Below, piece by piece: positions 37,953 through 48,330 of a stretch of DNA of 57,760 bases. The position numbers and the translations under genes are program-made. The DNA is from a virus (lineage: Duplodnaviria > Caudoviricetes), in the IMG/VR virus record IMGVR_UViG_3300006793_000033, positions 1 to 57,760 of that record. One strand, 5' to 3'. Position 1 is the stretch's first letter; every line of letters begins with the position of its first letter. The notes under the pieces are model-generated. The model searched no databases. It had not been told where the DNA came from and saw only the letters and a list, made by a program, of their open reading frames with translations.

Positions 37953-38833
37953 TGGGTACATATGTCCCCGACAGAACTGCCCTACCCGTTGGGCTTGATG
38001 AAGCTGGGCTGCGTCTCGGCCTGCAGCGACTTCCGGAAGAGTCGCTGCATAAATATCGTCAGCGTTTGCTGCACGAGGCTCGCGACCCTGCCAACCCAAG
38101 TCAAACTAGTTATATCCGTGGCGTGGGCAGAAAGATTGGCGCTCTGGATATCCCAGTGTTTGACATTGAACTTGTACTCGACTCTAATGATGCGCCTCTT
38201 GCCTCAAGACCCTTTCTTGAAGTTACCAGCACGCATCTAAGAGCCTACTATGACTACGACAGCAAACTTTATGACGTTGAGGTCTTCTTTGAAGATCGTG
38301 CCGACGGATGGTGGCTAGAAGATGTTCTAGCTGCTTTCGCTGCCAGTACGTATTTTACCGCTACTGCTCTGGCTGATTACAGTCAGTATCTGCGTAGCAG
38401 AAACCTTCGCTTTGGCAACACAGGGCGACACAGGGCGACAACTCAGCTATTTCCTAGTTACCAGAATCGCCTTCCGGATTCTAATCTTGTGGAAATCTTG
38501 TTTGAGAATCGCAACATCTTCTCCAATGAAGTCGATAGCATCAGCCTGGTAGTTGCCGACGGGGATTTCTTTGTCGACTACAACGCAGGCCAGGTTTTTT
38601 CTCATGCCGTTGCGCAGGGTACATGTAGTTACACCTACGCTGAATTTCCCTACAGAATTCACTGGCAGTCAGTCAGTGTTGTACCTCTTGACGACCCTGA
38701 CCTTAAGTACAGGCACAAGGACGAACTAGTATCAGATGACTCAGGTGAGCTAGAGCGCGCCCGCCTATCTCCTGAAGGAGCTAGTGTATACAACCGTGTA
38801 CTGGCAGTACACCCGCTTGGGTGGGGTGAATGA
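37952..38833 (+). CDS. Baseplate wedge protein (gp7/gpI-like N-terminus)
   Basis: 'LDEAGLRLGLQRLPEESLHKYRQRL' resembles the LD..G...G..R..E.D..YR.R motif of wedge proteins; TGATG coupled. Confidence 0.55.
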   Translation: MGTYVPDRTALPVGLDEAGLRLGLQRLPEESLHKYRQRLLHEARDPANPSQTSYIRGVGRKIGALDIPVFDIELVLDSNDAPLASRPFLEVTSTHLRAYYDYDSKLYDVEVFFEDRADGWWLEDVLAAFAASTYFTATALADYSQYLRSRNLRFGNTGRHRATTQLFPSYQNRLPDSNLVEILFENRNIFSNEVDSISLVVADGDFFVDYNAGQVFSHAVAQGTCSYTYAEFPYRIHWQSVSVVPLDDPDLKYRHKDELVSDDSGELERARLSPEGASVYNRVLAVHPLGWGE

Positions 38834-41292
38834 TGGAATACAAGAGTATTGTCCTAGAGGTCACCAACTACGTTGAGCCCACAGATAAGTATGTGCCGCT
38901 GACAGGCGTCCACTCTGTTGAGACGGATATCGATGGTTGGCAGTGGGACCGCCGACGTATGCCGGGGGCTTCTCTTGGTGTGTCTAGGTACCTTACGTAC
39001 TTGGGAGGCCATGAAGTTGGCCTGCTGGACGGCACCCAGCTTGCTGACTGGCAGAGCGGAGTGCTGGACGGAATTGAGTACCACGACGTAGTCAACGCTC
39101 GTGTAGGCGACGCCCTGACTTGGACGCCGCGGTTCTCTACCGGCTCCTTCAGTGTTTACTGGGATCCTCGAACCTTGTACTCAGACCACTCTTTCTCTGC
39201 AGTAGCTACTCATGTAGATGGTGACGTCAGAACTTCTTTGGAACTAAGAGCTGATGCTGTACACGACAGCATCAGCGCCAAGATCTTCTGTCGTCTCGAC
39301 AATTACGAGATCATGGCTATCCGAGACATCCAGCTTGTTTCCGAATTCACTGGAGTGCTTGAAGATCAAGCTCGCGTCTCTCCTGGCGTACTACCTGATG
39401 TAGACTGGAGTTTGGTTGAAACTCGTAAGTCCGAAATGGCAATCGATGGCAACACCTTGGTGTTCAACCAGCTTTTCGTTATTCGACGCGGAGTAGACTC
39501 TCTCGATCCAGTTATCATCGCAGATAGCTGGGAGAACCTGGGCAAGGGCCTCGCGAATGGGCGCTCGCTGTTCTCTAAGTACTTTCCATTCAGGTCTGGT
39601 TCTGTTCGACTTGTCTCCATCGATGCTCTTGGTGTCGTCACAGAATGGACAGAGAAGACTAATCTCAACTTCAGCACTGCTGGAGACAATCACTTCTCTG
39701 TCAATTACGACCTGGGTGTAATCCAGACTGGTGGCTACCAGGCTCCGAATCTTGTCTTGACCGAAGCTTTGTTTCTGTCTGACACTGAGGTGTCAGTGGT
39801 GATTTCCAGCGACATGGATTCATACCCAGAGCAAGGTATCATCCAGATTGGTTCGGAACAGATTTACTATCTGGCTAAGACAAGGAAGGCATTCATCGAC
39901 TGCATTCGTGGCTACAACGGCACGAATGTTGCCGAGCATGCGGTCAGTACGTTGGTTGAGGATGTTCAACACGGAGCTGCCTCAACTGACACTTGGTACT
40001 GCAAGTACGATGCTGTTCCACGAGTAGATTACGAAGTCACAGACTACGCTTTGCGTTCAGCGAACTATAGCGCCTGGCTTGATGTGCGAGCGCTTGTGAA
40101 CGTCAAGGCTAACAACATCGTACAGATCGTCAGTCAGGATGCAAATCTTGCTGAAATCGTACTGTCTACTGATAGCGAAATTATTGGTGGCAATTTGTAC
40201 GGCCCCGTGTTCTTCGGCACAGACACCAGCAAGCTTACTGCCACTGCGTATGACAGTGCCGGAAATCCTGTAGAGGACATCCGGCTTACCACCTACATTA
40301 AGAACGGGCCTGGTTTCCTGAACGGAACCCTGGCATCGTACTCAGCTGACAGCAACTCCTTGGGCAAGACCAATTGCTTCTTTAGCGCTCCCTATACTCA
40401 GGAGAGCTTGGATATGGATGTGGTCAAAGTCGAGCACGTGGGCGCCGACACCCACATGACTGTCAACTTTGATACCGCTGTCGTTCCTGCGGAAATCTGG
40501 GTGTTCCAAATTCTCAAGCACGACCCGACACTGGGAACGGTTGGTGACGCCGCTACGGCGTTTGCTAGCGGCTCTGCTGGAGAACCATACGGCCTAGGCT
40601 ACATTGATGTCTGGACCAGGACCGTCGAAGACTATGATGGTGGCGTACTCCGATTGCAAGACAGCTTTGGCGTCTTGCGCAACTTTGGTATCCGTCAGGC
40701 AGTCAGACAAGTAGACGGAAACGATGAGCCCTACACTCGTTTCTATCTTGACACCGCAGTGAATGCTGGATGGGTTGGATCAAGCAATCCAGTCTGGCTT
40801 TTCCAGTCGGGAGCTGTCGAGTGGGACCCTGCGCTTGCTCGGGGTGCCAGGGTGATTCTATATGAATGGAGCGACTCTGTTTCGCATCCTATTACCAAGG
40901 CTGCTGGTGCCTGGACACCGCTTCACCCTAATGAAGTGGTGGGCGATGTGCTTGTCTTCAAAGACAGGCAACTCGCCATCCCTGATGCTGTGGACGCTAC
41001 AAACAATCTGGGAGCCTACGTTGTAGTAGCTCCGTCTGAGAGCAGGTTCGGCGCTTATGGCCGCGACCCCTTCACTGGGAATCTCATTACATCCAATGAC
41101 ATCAGGCTGCGTTTGCAGCTACCGAACAGTCTCATTGGGGTGGATAGTTCAGGAACTCTTCCAATCCCTTATGGATGGACTTTCATCACAGAAGAGTTTA
41201 ATATTGGTGCAGGACTTGGTGGCGCCAACTTCATCACGATCAACCCAGCGGCTACTGGGGTCAATCAATTTAGTCTTACAGGAGTCATCTAA
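38830..41292 (+). CDS. Baseplate/tail structural protein with an Ig-like (Big_1-type) domain (820 aa)
   Basis: 'EQIYY...CIRGYNGTNVAEH' tail-protein motif and 'LTATAYDSAGNPVEDI...ADSNSLG' invasin/intimin-type Ig pattern. Confidence 0.5.
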   Translation: MMEYKSIVLEVTNYVEPTDKYVPLTGVHSVETDIDGWQWDRRRMPGASLGVSRYLTYLGGHEVGLLDGTQLADWQSGVLDGIEYHDVVNARVGDALTWTPRFSTGSFSVYWDPRTLYSDHSFSAVATHVDGDVRTSLELRADAVHDSISAKIFCRLDNYEIMAIRDIQLVSEFTGVLEDQARVSPGVLPDVDWSLVETRKSEMAIDGNTLVFNQLFVIRRGVDSLDPVIIADSWENLGKGLANGRSLFSKYFPFRSGSVRLVSIDALGVVTEWTEKTNLNFSTAGDNHFSVNYDLGVIQTGGYQAPNLVLTEALFLSDTEVSVVISSDMDSYPEQGIIQIGSEQIYYLAKTRKAFIDCIRGYNGTNVAEHAVSTLVEDVQHGAASTDTWYCKYDAVPRVDYEVTDYALRSANYSAWLDVRALVNVKANNIVQIVSQDANLAEIVLSTDSEIIGGNLYGPVFFGTDTSKLTATAYDSAGNPVEDIRLTTYIKNGPGFLNGTLASYSADSNSLGKTNCFFSAPYTQESLDMDVVKVEHVGADTHMTVNFDTAVVPAEIWVFQILKHDPTLGTVGDAATAFASGSAGEPYGLGYIDVWTRTVEDYDGGVLRLQDSFGVLRNFGIRQAVRQVDGNDEPYTRFYLDTAVNAGWVGSSNPVWLFQSGAVEWDPALARGARVILYEWSDSVSHPITKAAGAWTPLHPNEVVGDVLVFKDRQLAIPDAVDATNNLGAYVVVAPSESRFGAYGRDPFTGNLITSNDIRLRLQLPNSLIGVDSSGTLPIPYGWTFITEEFNIGAGLGGANFITINPAATGVNQFSLTGVI

Positions 41293-43628
41293 TGGCTGAC
41301 AAGCTACAGCAAGGCATCTCTGTGCTCACCAGCTTTACTGCTGGTGAAACACCTACCGCAGAAAAGCTATCGTCTATTACTGCGCAGCTACGAAGAGCTG
41401 CTGAGCAACTAGAGAGGGCGGTCGGTGACATTCACGACCAGAGCTATCCGTACAGCACTCTTACTACAGCTCGCCTGTCGCTAGCTTGGGGTAGGTCAGC
41501 AGCTGATACCCCAGTCTCTGGGGCTGCCACCAGGGCGTTGGACATTGCAAATATCGCAAGGCTAATTGGTCCTGCATCTAACTTGAATCCAGAAGTTATC
41601 GATGGGACTCGAACTGTTACTGAAGCTGTTCCTGCTAGTGTAAATGAATTTTCGCTTAAGTATCCGCCCAGCAGCACAGCGAGTATTTCTTTTACCAAGA
41701 ATGGTGCCGCCGAAGCGTTCTACGACTCTGTTTCAAGCCCAACGGGGCTTGATGCTGAAGGCGACTACTACGTAGATGCTGTGGGCTCGGTATGGTGTGT
41801 AAAGGCTACTGATAGCACTGACCCTGGCGAAGTGACCTACACCATCGACCCAGACGAGTGGATGGGGGGCCCCAACTATCTCGGTGCGCGCTTCAATGTA
41901 ATTCCAGACCCGAACCAAATGTCCGGCAGCGGGTCTGGCTGTACGATTGGCATCTTGGACGCGAACGGCCGTAGACCTGTTACTTGCCCAACTGTTTCAC
42001 ATGCACAGCTGGACGATGACATGAACACCAGTGTGCTAAGTGCGTCTGATGCCAATTACGGCCAGCAACTTAAACTGCCTTTGATTCTCACTGAGAACTA
42101 CTCTGTAGGAGAAGTTATTCCTGCCGGGTTCTTGTTGCTCAAGAACTGGACTACTGGTGAGGTCTACTCTAGCGCTGAGTATCTCTACAATGGGGAAACC
42201 AGTGTGCTGATTGGAATCGTAGACATTACTACCGAAGTTGATCGCGGCGATAAATTCGTGCTGATTACTGTTGGTACTGACCTCACTACATCTATCTATG
42301 ACCTTCAAAGAAAGATGGCTCATACTCATGATCGTAGCTTCGGTGAGCCTCTTGTGGACCTGAGTGGCGTTGGTGGTTTCACGGCTGGTCCATGGGGCTC
42401 GAAGGGCTCTTTCACAAAGTCTAATGTGAAAGGCAACTTTGCGCCTCAGTACCTACACAGATACGGGTACGCGAGTGGCGAAGGCGAGTGGAACGACAAG
42501 AACGTAATGCGTGGAGACCTCGTAGTAGGCGAAGGCGTCACCACGCCGGGTACGTACCTGAGTGCCTCAGGTGTATTGCCGACAACAACCACATACAAGC
42601 TAGCTTTCGGCCACCCAGACAATGCTTGGGTGCGCTTGAACAACTCTGGCACTCTAAGGATCAGGAACTCTCTTTCTGGTGGGAACCTGGACGTTTACTC
42701 TGATCAAGTCAATCTGCTTGGAGACTCTACCGTAGTCTCCAAGGTTGCCAATAACAGTCTTGGTGGTAGCGACGGTTGGTTTCAGGTAGGAGGCAAAGGC
42801 TACAGTTTCAAGTACAGTGACAGTACTGCTGCAGCTGGCGTCAACGTAAATGACAGCACTACTCGTCAGTTTTACATTGAGACCGATAGTGTTTCTGGGT
42901 ATACCGGTGCATGTGCGACTCAATTCAAGGAGGTCAATCCTAGCGCCAAGGGGGTAATGGAGCTTTGGTGGAATGAGATTCCTGACGATTCCTTCTCCTT
43001 CTTGCGTTTCAGAGGGAATGCTGCTTCTCCTGACATTTACGGTTCGATCCGAGGGACGGATCTCAGTACAGATGAAGTCTTTTATAGTCGGCACAGCGCC
43101 AACTATGATTACTGTGATGAAGTTGGAGGAGCGGGCGCGGTTACGGCTCAGGCTGCAGGCCATGTGAAGTACGTATCTGGTGGAGCCGACTACGGCGAGT
43201 GGCTGAGAGCTGGTGATGTTGCCGAATGGGACCCCTACTTTGAGCGAATCGAAAGGAAGTCTACTCACCTTGGACTTCCTGAAGGTTTGGTCGTGTACGT
43301 ACGTGAAGGGCAGTTTTACGCTACTGGTCCCGGGACTCCCATGGTTATCACCAACAGAGCCATTGTGGTAGGTAACGAACGTCCTGATGTTGGACCAACT
43401 AATGAATGCGAAATTCTCTCCTTCATCGGTCAGATTCCAGTTATGTGCTATGGTGCTGTTGCTGACGGGGACTTGCTGATCCCTAACCCAGAAGAGCCTA
43501 ATACATTGATTGCTGTACCTGCTGACGAAATTACCTTTGCGCAGTACAGACAGGCTGTTGGTACCGCCTGGGGTAGCACAGACCACGAGGGCTTGAAGAA
43601 GGTTCAGTGCGCTATCGGCAAGAAGTGA
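41292..43628 (+). CDS. Tail fibre/spike with a C-terminal intramolecular-chaperone (Peptidase_G2-like autocleavage) domain
   Basis: 'HTHD' and 'PQYLHR' fibre-type motifs; C-terminal 'SGGADYGEW...GQIPVMCYGAVADGDLLIP...AVGTAW' resembles ADYAE-type chaperone domains. Confidence 0.6.
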   Translation: MADKLQQGISVLTSFTAGETPTAEKLSSITAQLRRAAEQLERAVGDIHDQSYPYSTLTTARLSLAWGRSAADTPVSGAATRALDIANIARLIGPASNLNPEVIDGTRTVTEAVPASVNEFSLKYPPSSTASISFTKNGAAEAFYDSVSSPTGLDAEGDYYVDAVGSVWCVKATDSTDPGEVTYTIDPDEWMGGPNYLGARFNVIPDPNQMSGSGSGCTIGILDANGRRPVTCPTVSHAQLDDDMNTSVLSASDANYGQQLKLPLILTENYSVGEVIPAGFLLLKNWTTGEVYSSAEYLYNGETSVLIGIVDITTEVDRGDKFVLITVGTDLTTSIYDLQRKMAHTHDRSFGEPLVDLSGVGGFTAGPWGSKGSFTKSNVKGNFAPQYLHRYGYASGEGEWNDKNVMRGDLVVGEGVTTPGTYLSASGVLPTTTTYKLAFGHPDNAWVRLNNSGTLRIRNSLSGGNLDVYSDQVNLLGDSTVVSKVANNSLGGSDGWFQVGGKGYSFKYSDSTAAAGVNVNDSTTRQFYIETDSVSGYTGACATQFKEVNPSAKGVMELWWNEIPDDSFSFLRFRGNAASPDIYGSIRGTDLSTDEVFYSRHSANYDYCDEVGGAGAVTAQAAGHVKYVSGGADYGEWLRAGDVAEWDPYFERIERKSTHLGLPEGLVVYVREGQFYATGPGTPMVITNRAIVVGNERPDVGPTNECEILSFIGQIPVMCYGAVADGDLLIPNPEEPNTLIAVPADEITFAQYRQAVGTAWGSTDHEGLKKVQCAIGKK

Positions 43629-43636
43629 GGTGAGAC

Positions 43637-45760
43637 ATGAGTCAGATGACTCTCGAACTAATTGCTTCTATCAACCAGACTTATGGTGAGGCTCGCTCCA
43701 TTTCCTTGGAGCTAGTCAACCATGTTCATCAGCGAGTGGAGCAGTTCCGTTATCTTGATGACATCAAGCCTGTTGCTGTCGCCTTGGACTACATGGAAAA
43801 CCAGGAGTTGGATAGTTGGGTGCATTTGCAGATTGCTAATCGTACCTACGGTATCCCCACGAACTCAGACAAGAACGCTGAAGTGCGAAAAGAATGGGTG
43901 GTGTCAACAAGCACCTCCCTGTCTGCAGAATACAAGGACATCCTGGTTACGAACCGAACTGGCGTAGATACCTACGGCGAGTTGCGTCCGTTGTTCTACC
44001 GCCATGCGCTCCCTACTGGTGTAGTCGAGTGCAACCTTGAGGTTGTTCGTCGAGGAAACGTCCAAAAGGTCGACGGAGGCTACGAGGTTTCTCTAGATGA
44101 CAAAAGCATCTATACGAACTTTGAGAACTTCTTTGATCCAGATACGGGTGCGTACACACTGTTCTACGTCACCTGCACCCAGGATGATGGCAGTACCGTA
44201 CATCAGCTACTCAATCCAGTGCCTAGCGCCAAGCCAGCAACCTGGGAAGATATTGATCTAGATACAGGGAAGCTGACTACCGCGTATCCAACCTACAGTT
44301 CAGAGCGTAACGCTAGTGGCTACACCTTCTACATGAACCAGGGGGACACTTGGTATTGGCGCCCTGTTGAGGGCTCGCTCATCCAACCGCGCCTGCCAGC
44401 CGGGCGAGATCCCGAAGACCCCTGGCACTTGCGTTTTAGTGCAGGGGATCTTAGCGCGCTAGTCAACGGTCGCGTGCGACGATACTATGTACCTGAGTTC
44501 GACCAACAGAACTACAGCCCTAGCAAGCCATACATCTACAGTCCCTACGGTCGACTACTGTGGGTGAATGACCGAGTGCTAGCAGCCACCCGAAAGAATA
44601 TCGCTATCGACCCTGAGGCTGGTCTGCACATTCACATCTTCGTAAGTGACTTTGAGAACAATCTCATTAGGGTGCTCACTACAGATGCATCTCTGCAAGG
44701 CGTAAGGTTTAGCGATACTGATGTCTTCTACGAAGCCGATCAAATCAGAAGCTACGACAATGCTGGTGGGTTCATCTCGCTGAACACCAAGCTTCATGCC
44801 AGCCATCAGATTGCTGCGCAGTACTATTACGAAGCTGACGATTACGAATACACTAGACAGGACATGAACCCGCTGATGAATAGTGATGTGGGTGACAAGA
44901 TGGTTGTGTTCTACATGGTACCTGACTGCGACCCTGACGATCGTGCGATCCACCACCTGGTTGTTGACCAGGAGGGTGTCATCCGCGAGTGCAGTCAATC
45001 GCTTGGATTCTCTTATCCAAACTTCCAGCTATTTGAAGTTGACGGCTCAGTGAATACAGGTTCGGTGATTGGATTGAAGTACGTATCTGATATCGAAACC
45101 GATACGTTCCTTACCAGGTACACCGCTGGGTATCAGAATGATTTTGGGTATGGGATTCTCGCCGAGGTAGTTGTTCTGGATCTCGATGATGTCCAGGACA
45201 TGAAGGTGTATGACGTCCGCGCTGAAGGCGGACGTCTGCGTGACGCTCAACAAGCTTCTGCTCTCAGGGCAAACCCACGCATCCTGCAGAGTGCCGCAGG
45301 GTATGGTCCTGACGGTCAGGAAGTTCCGAAGCACAAGGTGATGCTGCTCGAAGCGCCTTTGTCCATGAGAGACGACTATGGAGGCAAGCTGCCGAAGGCT
45401 CTTGCCGAGGAGTTGCTAACGCGCCATCTTGATGGTTCTTGCTATCCAGTCATCGACTGGACCTATCCTGCACCCGACCTTGTCGCCCAAAGTGTATCGT
45501 TCCCTGACGTCCAGTTGACCTGGACCTGGGAGGGTCCAGGCCTTACGTACCGTGTTTACCGCAGAACCAACCCTGTCGGAGAATGGCTAGAGATCTATTC
45601 TGTTGCAGGGGGAGCTTCTCCAGCATCGATGAGCTATACTGATGCTGATGTAGATGCACATGATGTTGCGTACTACACGGTACGGGTTGAGGAAACAATT
45701 AACGGCGAGGCTGTGCTGTATCCTCGCACACACCAGGTAGCAGTGAAGGTTGTTCTATGA
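43637..45760 (+). CDS. Virion structural protein with a C-terminal fibronectin type III-like domain (707 aa)
   Basis: 'VQLTWTW...YRVYRR...SYTDADV...YYTVRV' is an FN3 pattern; RBS GAGGTGA. Confidence 0.55.
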   Translation: MSQMTLELIASINQTYGEARSISLELVNHVHQRVEQFRYLDDIKPVAVALDYMENQELDSWVHLQIANRTYGIPTNSDKNAEVRKEWVVSTSTSLSAEYKDILVTNRTGVDTYGELRPLFYRHALPTGVVECNLEVVRRGNVQKVDGGYEVSLDDKSIYTNFENFFDPDTGAYTLFYVTCTQDDGSTVHQLLNPVPSAKPATWEDIDLDTGKLTTAYPTYSSERNASGYTFYMNQGDTWYWRPVEGSLIQPRLPAGRDPEDPWHLRFSAGDLSALVNGRVRRYYVPEFDQQNYSPSKPYIYSPYGRLLWVNDRVLAATRKNIAIDPEAGLHIHIFVSDFENNLIRVLTTDASLQGVRFSDTDVFYEADQIRSYDNAGGFISLNTKLHASHQIAAQYYYEADDYEYTRQDMNPLMNSDVGDKMVVFYMVPDCDPDDRAIHHLVVDQEGVIRECSQSLGFSYPNFQLFEVDGSVNTGSVIGLKYVSDIETDTFLTRYTAGYQNDFGYGILAEVVVLDLDDVQDMKVYDVRAEGGRLRDAQQASALRANPRILQSAAGYGPDGQEVPKHKVMLLEAPLSMRDDYGGKLPKALAEELLTRHLDGSCYPVIDWTYPAPDLVAQSVSFPDVQLTWTWEGPGLTYRVYRRTNPVGEWLEIYSVAGGASPASMSYTDADVDAHDVAYYTVRVEETINGEAVLYPRTHQVAVKVVL

Positions 45761-46209
45761 GTGCATCAGATTTGACTTTTGTGTCGGTTGCGACCGGCAA
45801 CACCATTTATGATCCAGAGATTATCAATGGTGCGCCTATTCAGATTCAGGTTACCAACTACGGTGATGACGACCTGACAGGTTTGGGTATTTACATCGTA
45901 CCTGCCACTAACGTTGGTGACGTTGACAATCCAGCTGACTTCCCTCCCCAAACAGATTACCAAGATCTGATGACCTGGGGTCAAAAGACAAAGCTAGGTT
46001 TGGAAACTCAGGGCGGACTAAAGCTTACGCTTACGCAGAATGATGGCACGTTCAATGACTACATCACTCGCGACCAAGGGGCCAGTTACGGAACCAAGAT
46101 TCCTTTCGTTGACTTGGCATCGGGAGACTCGGTGTCATTCACCATTGAGTTCGAAACCCCTCCCGCTGTAAGTGCCAGGAGATTCTTCATCGACTTGAAG
46201 CTGGAGTAA
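45757..46209 (+). CDS. Small beta-rich virion protein (150 aa)
   Basis: ATGA coupled; Ig-like strand pattern ('IQVTNYGDDDLTGLGIYI', 'LASGDSVSFTIEF'). Confidence 0.45.
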   Translation: MSASDLTFVSVATGNTIYDPEIINGAPIQIQVTNYGDDDLTGLGIYIVPATNVGDVDNPADFPPQTDYQDLMTWGQKTKLGLETQGGLKLTLTQNDGTFNDYITRDQGASYGTKIPFVDLASGDSVSFTIEFETPPAVSARRFFIDLKLE

Positions 46210-46212
46210 GCA

Positions 46213-48330
46213 ATGCCTATTGAGCAAAAAGATGGGTTCAAGTCTGCTCAGTACGTGCGCCGAGCAGCTGAACGCCGAGCAGCTGACGTGCCTCACTATT
46301 CAGCTGATCGGGCTGACCTTGATAAAAAGACTAGCGTAATTCTGTCTCAGACAGCTGGAGCCACTGGTGGGTTGCCTCCGGTATTTCCGGGCAGCTTCAT
46401 GGATGCTGCCCGTTGGACTGAGTTTGTCAAAAACTCAAAGATGACCATGGGCGTAATTGCAAGCCAGGGCGACGCGCTAGAAAGCGAGATCCAGCAGTCG
46501 GCTGATAAGAACTTTGCCGTGCTAGACGATCTTCAACGTGAAGCCCAGGCCCTAGATGCCTACGTCACTGAAGAAGAGATCAAGATCAATGGTCGGTACA
46601 GTCGCGTTCACTTCAACTCGTTCGTTCGACCAGAGGATTCCCCTCTTTCTTACGATCAGTCTGACTGGCTAACAGACTACAAGACTGGGCTGCCTTTCAC
46701 GGCAGCCAATATGTCTGAAATGATTGCTGGCACAGGACTTACGCTTCCTCTTCGCCAGCGTGTTGCTATCCCGATTGTTGATGCTGTCCTTGTCGGAGAA
46801 GAAACTGACGTTGGTGACACTAAGGCTCCCATCGTTAGCACTCCTGCAGTGAATCTGATTCGGAACGATCGTGTGTTTAGGCATGTCATCATCAGGACAG
46901 ATCACGACGATACTTCTCGTAAGTACAACCACACCCCCTCATATTGCACCTTCCTTCTGACTTTTGCTTCAATGCAACTCGTCAATGAATTGAACATTCG
47001 CCCACTAGGTCATAGTACCGTATACGTTGACGATATCTCGTACCTGAATGAAGCAGGTGAAGAGGTCCAGCTTACTGAAGTTGAGCTACCATCAGAAGTC
47101 CAGCTTACGGTTCTATTCGAACCTGTTCGGACAAAGTATCTTAAGGTCAGGCTGCGCCAGTATGCTCCGGTGACACGCACAAAGCATGAAGCTGGTGACT
47201 TGCGAGTGCGAGAACTGAACAAGCTTTTGCGAGGAGCTGGCTTCAGCCAGCTGCTAACTGAGGAGACTGAGGAGATCCAGGGGCGAGTCTATGACTTCTC
47301 CATGGAGTCTGTGTCTGCTGGTCTACGGGTTTATGAAAACCTAGGGGTGTTCCGCAGCCAGCCTGTCGAAGTCGAAAGCCCTATGGGTGTTTCGTACGCA
47401 GATATTGTGGAGACAATTCAGATCTCGAATGACAACAGGACTTATGGCACTCTCTTCTTCCTGGATGAGGGTGAGGTACTGCTGGAAAGATATCTAGGGG
47501 TAGACCTTCAGTGGCTTGAAGGCTCTGGGGCTTTCCGCGACCTCATTCCGCTGCCGGACACTAGAACGGCTCAGCGCGAGTTTCTTCCCATCTTTAGTGG
47601 AGAGAGTAAGGTCAAGCTGTTCCCTGATGTCATGTGGAATATTACCAAGCGCGACATTAGCTCCTTGGGCTGGTTGGTTGGCATGGGTGTCGTTGTCTTT
47701 GACGACCCCCATGAAATCGACAGAGTTGTCGGTGAAAAGCAAACCGACAGGCTTTGGGTTATCAGTGGCCCTGGTGAGGCCGCTCAAGATTACAACTACA
47801 GCAGTGTCGAGTGGTATGTCGTTGACGAATACGCTTTGCTTTGTATTCCCGAAGACATTGCTGGGCTATTCGTCGGCACCCTTGAGTACAGTAAGATCAC
47901 CCCATACGTATTCATCGAAGCAGACCAGGCTGCCCCAATGTCCGTCTACCAAGAATCACAACTACTTACGGTAGGGACCGACTATCAGATTTCTTTGGAT
48001 CGCGGCAGCACCTGGCTTAGCAGCTGGCCAAGAGACAAGCAGTGGATTGCCGCCAAGGCCAAGGCCAAGGCTGGAGTTTTCAAAATCCGCTTCACAAATC
48101 CGAAGCACACAGACTTGTACTGGATTGATTACCGCCCGCTGAGGAATCAGCAGCTAAGTCGCAAGCCAGGAGTTAGCTTGAGGAATGGTCGCGTGGTCTT
48201 TGACAAGCGATTTGAGGGAACTTCTGGTACACTATCTTCTGTAATCGTCAGCCGCGCCGACAATGTCAATCCTTATTTGACACCCGTCCTTCTTTCGTAC
48301 TTTCTGCGAGTGAGAGAGCATGTCAGTTAA
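46213..48330 (+). CDS. Large baseplate/appendage structural protein, paralogue A (705 aa)
   Basis: Helical N-terminus, 'GLTLP', jelly-roll-like core 'LVNELNIRP...TKYLKVRLRQ...YDFSM', C-terminal 'TPVLLSYFLRV'. Confidence 0.5.
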   Translation: MPIEQKDGFKSAQYVRRAAERRAADVPHYSADRADLDKKTSVILSQTAGATGGLPPVFPGSFMDAARWTEFVKNSKMTMGVIASQGDALESEIQQSADKNFAVLDDLQREAQALDAYVTEEEIKINGRYSRVHFNSFVRPEDSPLSYDQSDWLTDYKTGLPFTAANMSEMIAGTGLTLPLRQRVAIPIVDAVLVGEETDVGDTKAPIVSTPAVNLIRNDRVFRHVIIRTDHDDTSRKYNHTPSYCTFLLTFASMQLVNELNIRPLGHSTVYVDDISYLNEAGEEVQLTEVELPSEVQLTVLFEPVRTKYLKVRLRQYAPVTRTKHEAGDLRVRELNKLLRGAGFSQLLTEETEEIQGRVYDFSMESVSAGLRVYENLGVFRSQPVEVESPMGVSYADIVETIQISNDNRTYGTLFFLDEGEVLLERYLGVDLQWLEGSGAFRDLIPLPDTRTAQREFLPIFSGESKVKLFPDVMWNITKRDISSLGWLVGMGVVVFDDPHEIDRVVGEKQTDRLWVISGPGEAAQDYNYSSVEWYVVDEYALLCIPEDIAGLFVGTLEYSKITPYVFIEADQAAPMSVYQESQLLTVGTDYQISLDRGSTWLSSWPRDKQWIAAKAKAKAGVFKIRFTNPKHTDLYWIDYRPLRNQQLSRKPGVSLRNGRVVFDKRFEGTSGTLSSVIVSRADNVNPYLTPVLLSYFLRVREHVS

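Noticed and set aside
42654-43586. 310-aa minus-strand ORF, and other antisense ORFs such as 20955-21791, 10775-11542 and 56081-56746
   Set aside because: They lie opposite well-supported + strand genes, have no recognisable motifs or RBS, and are typical shadow ORFs.
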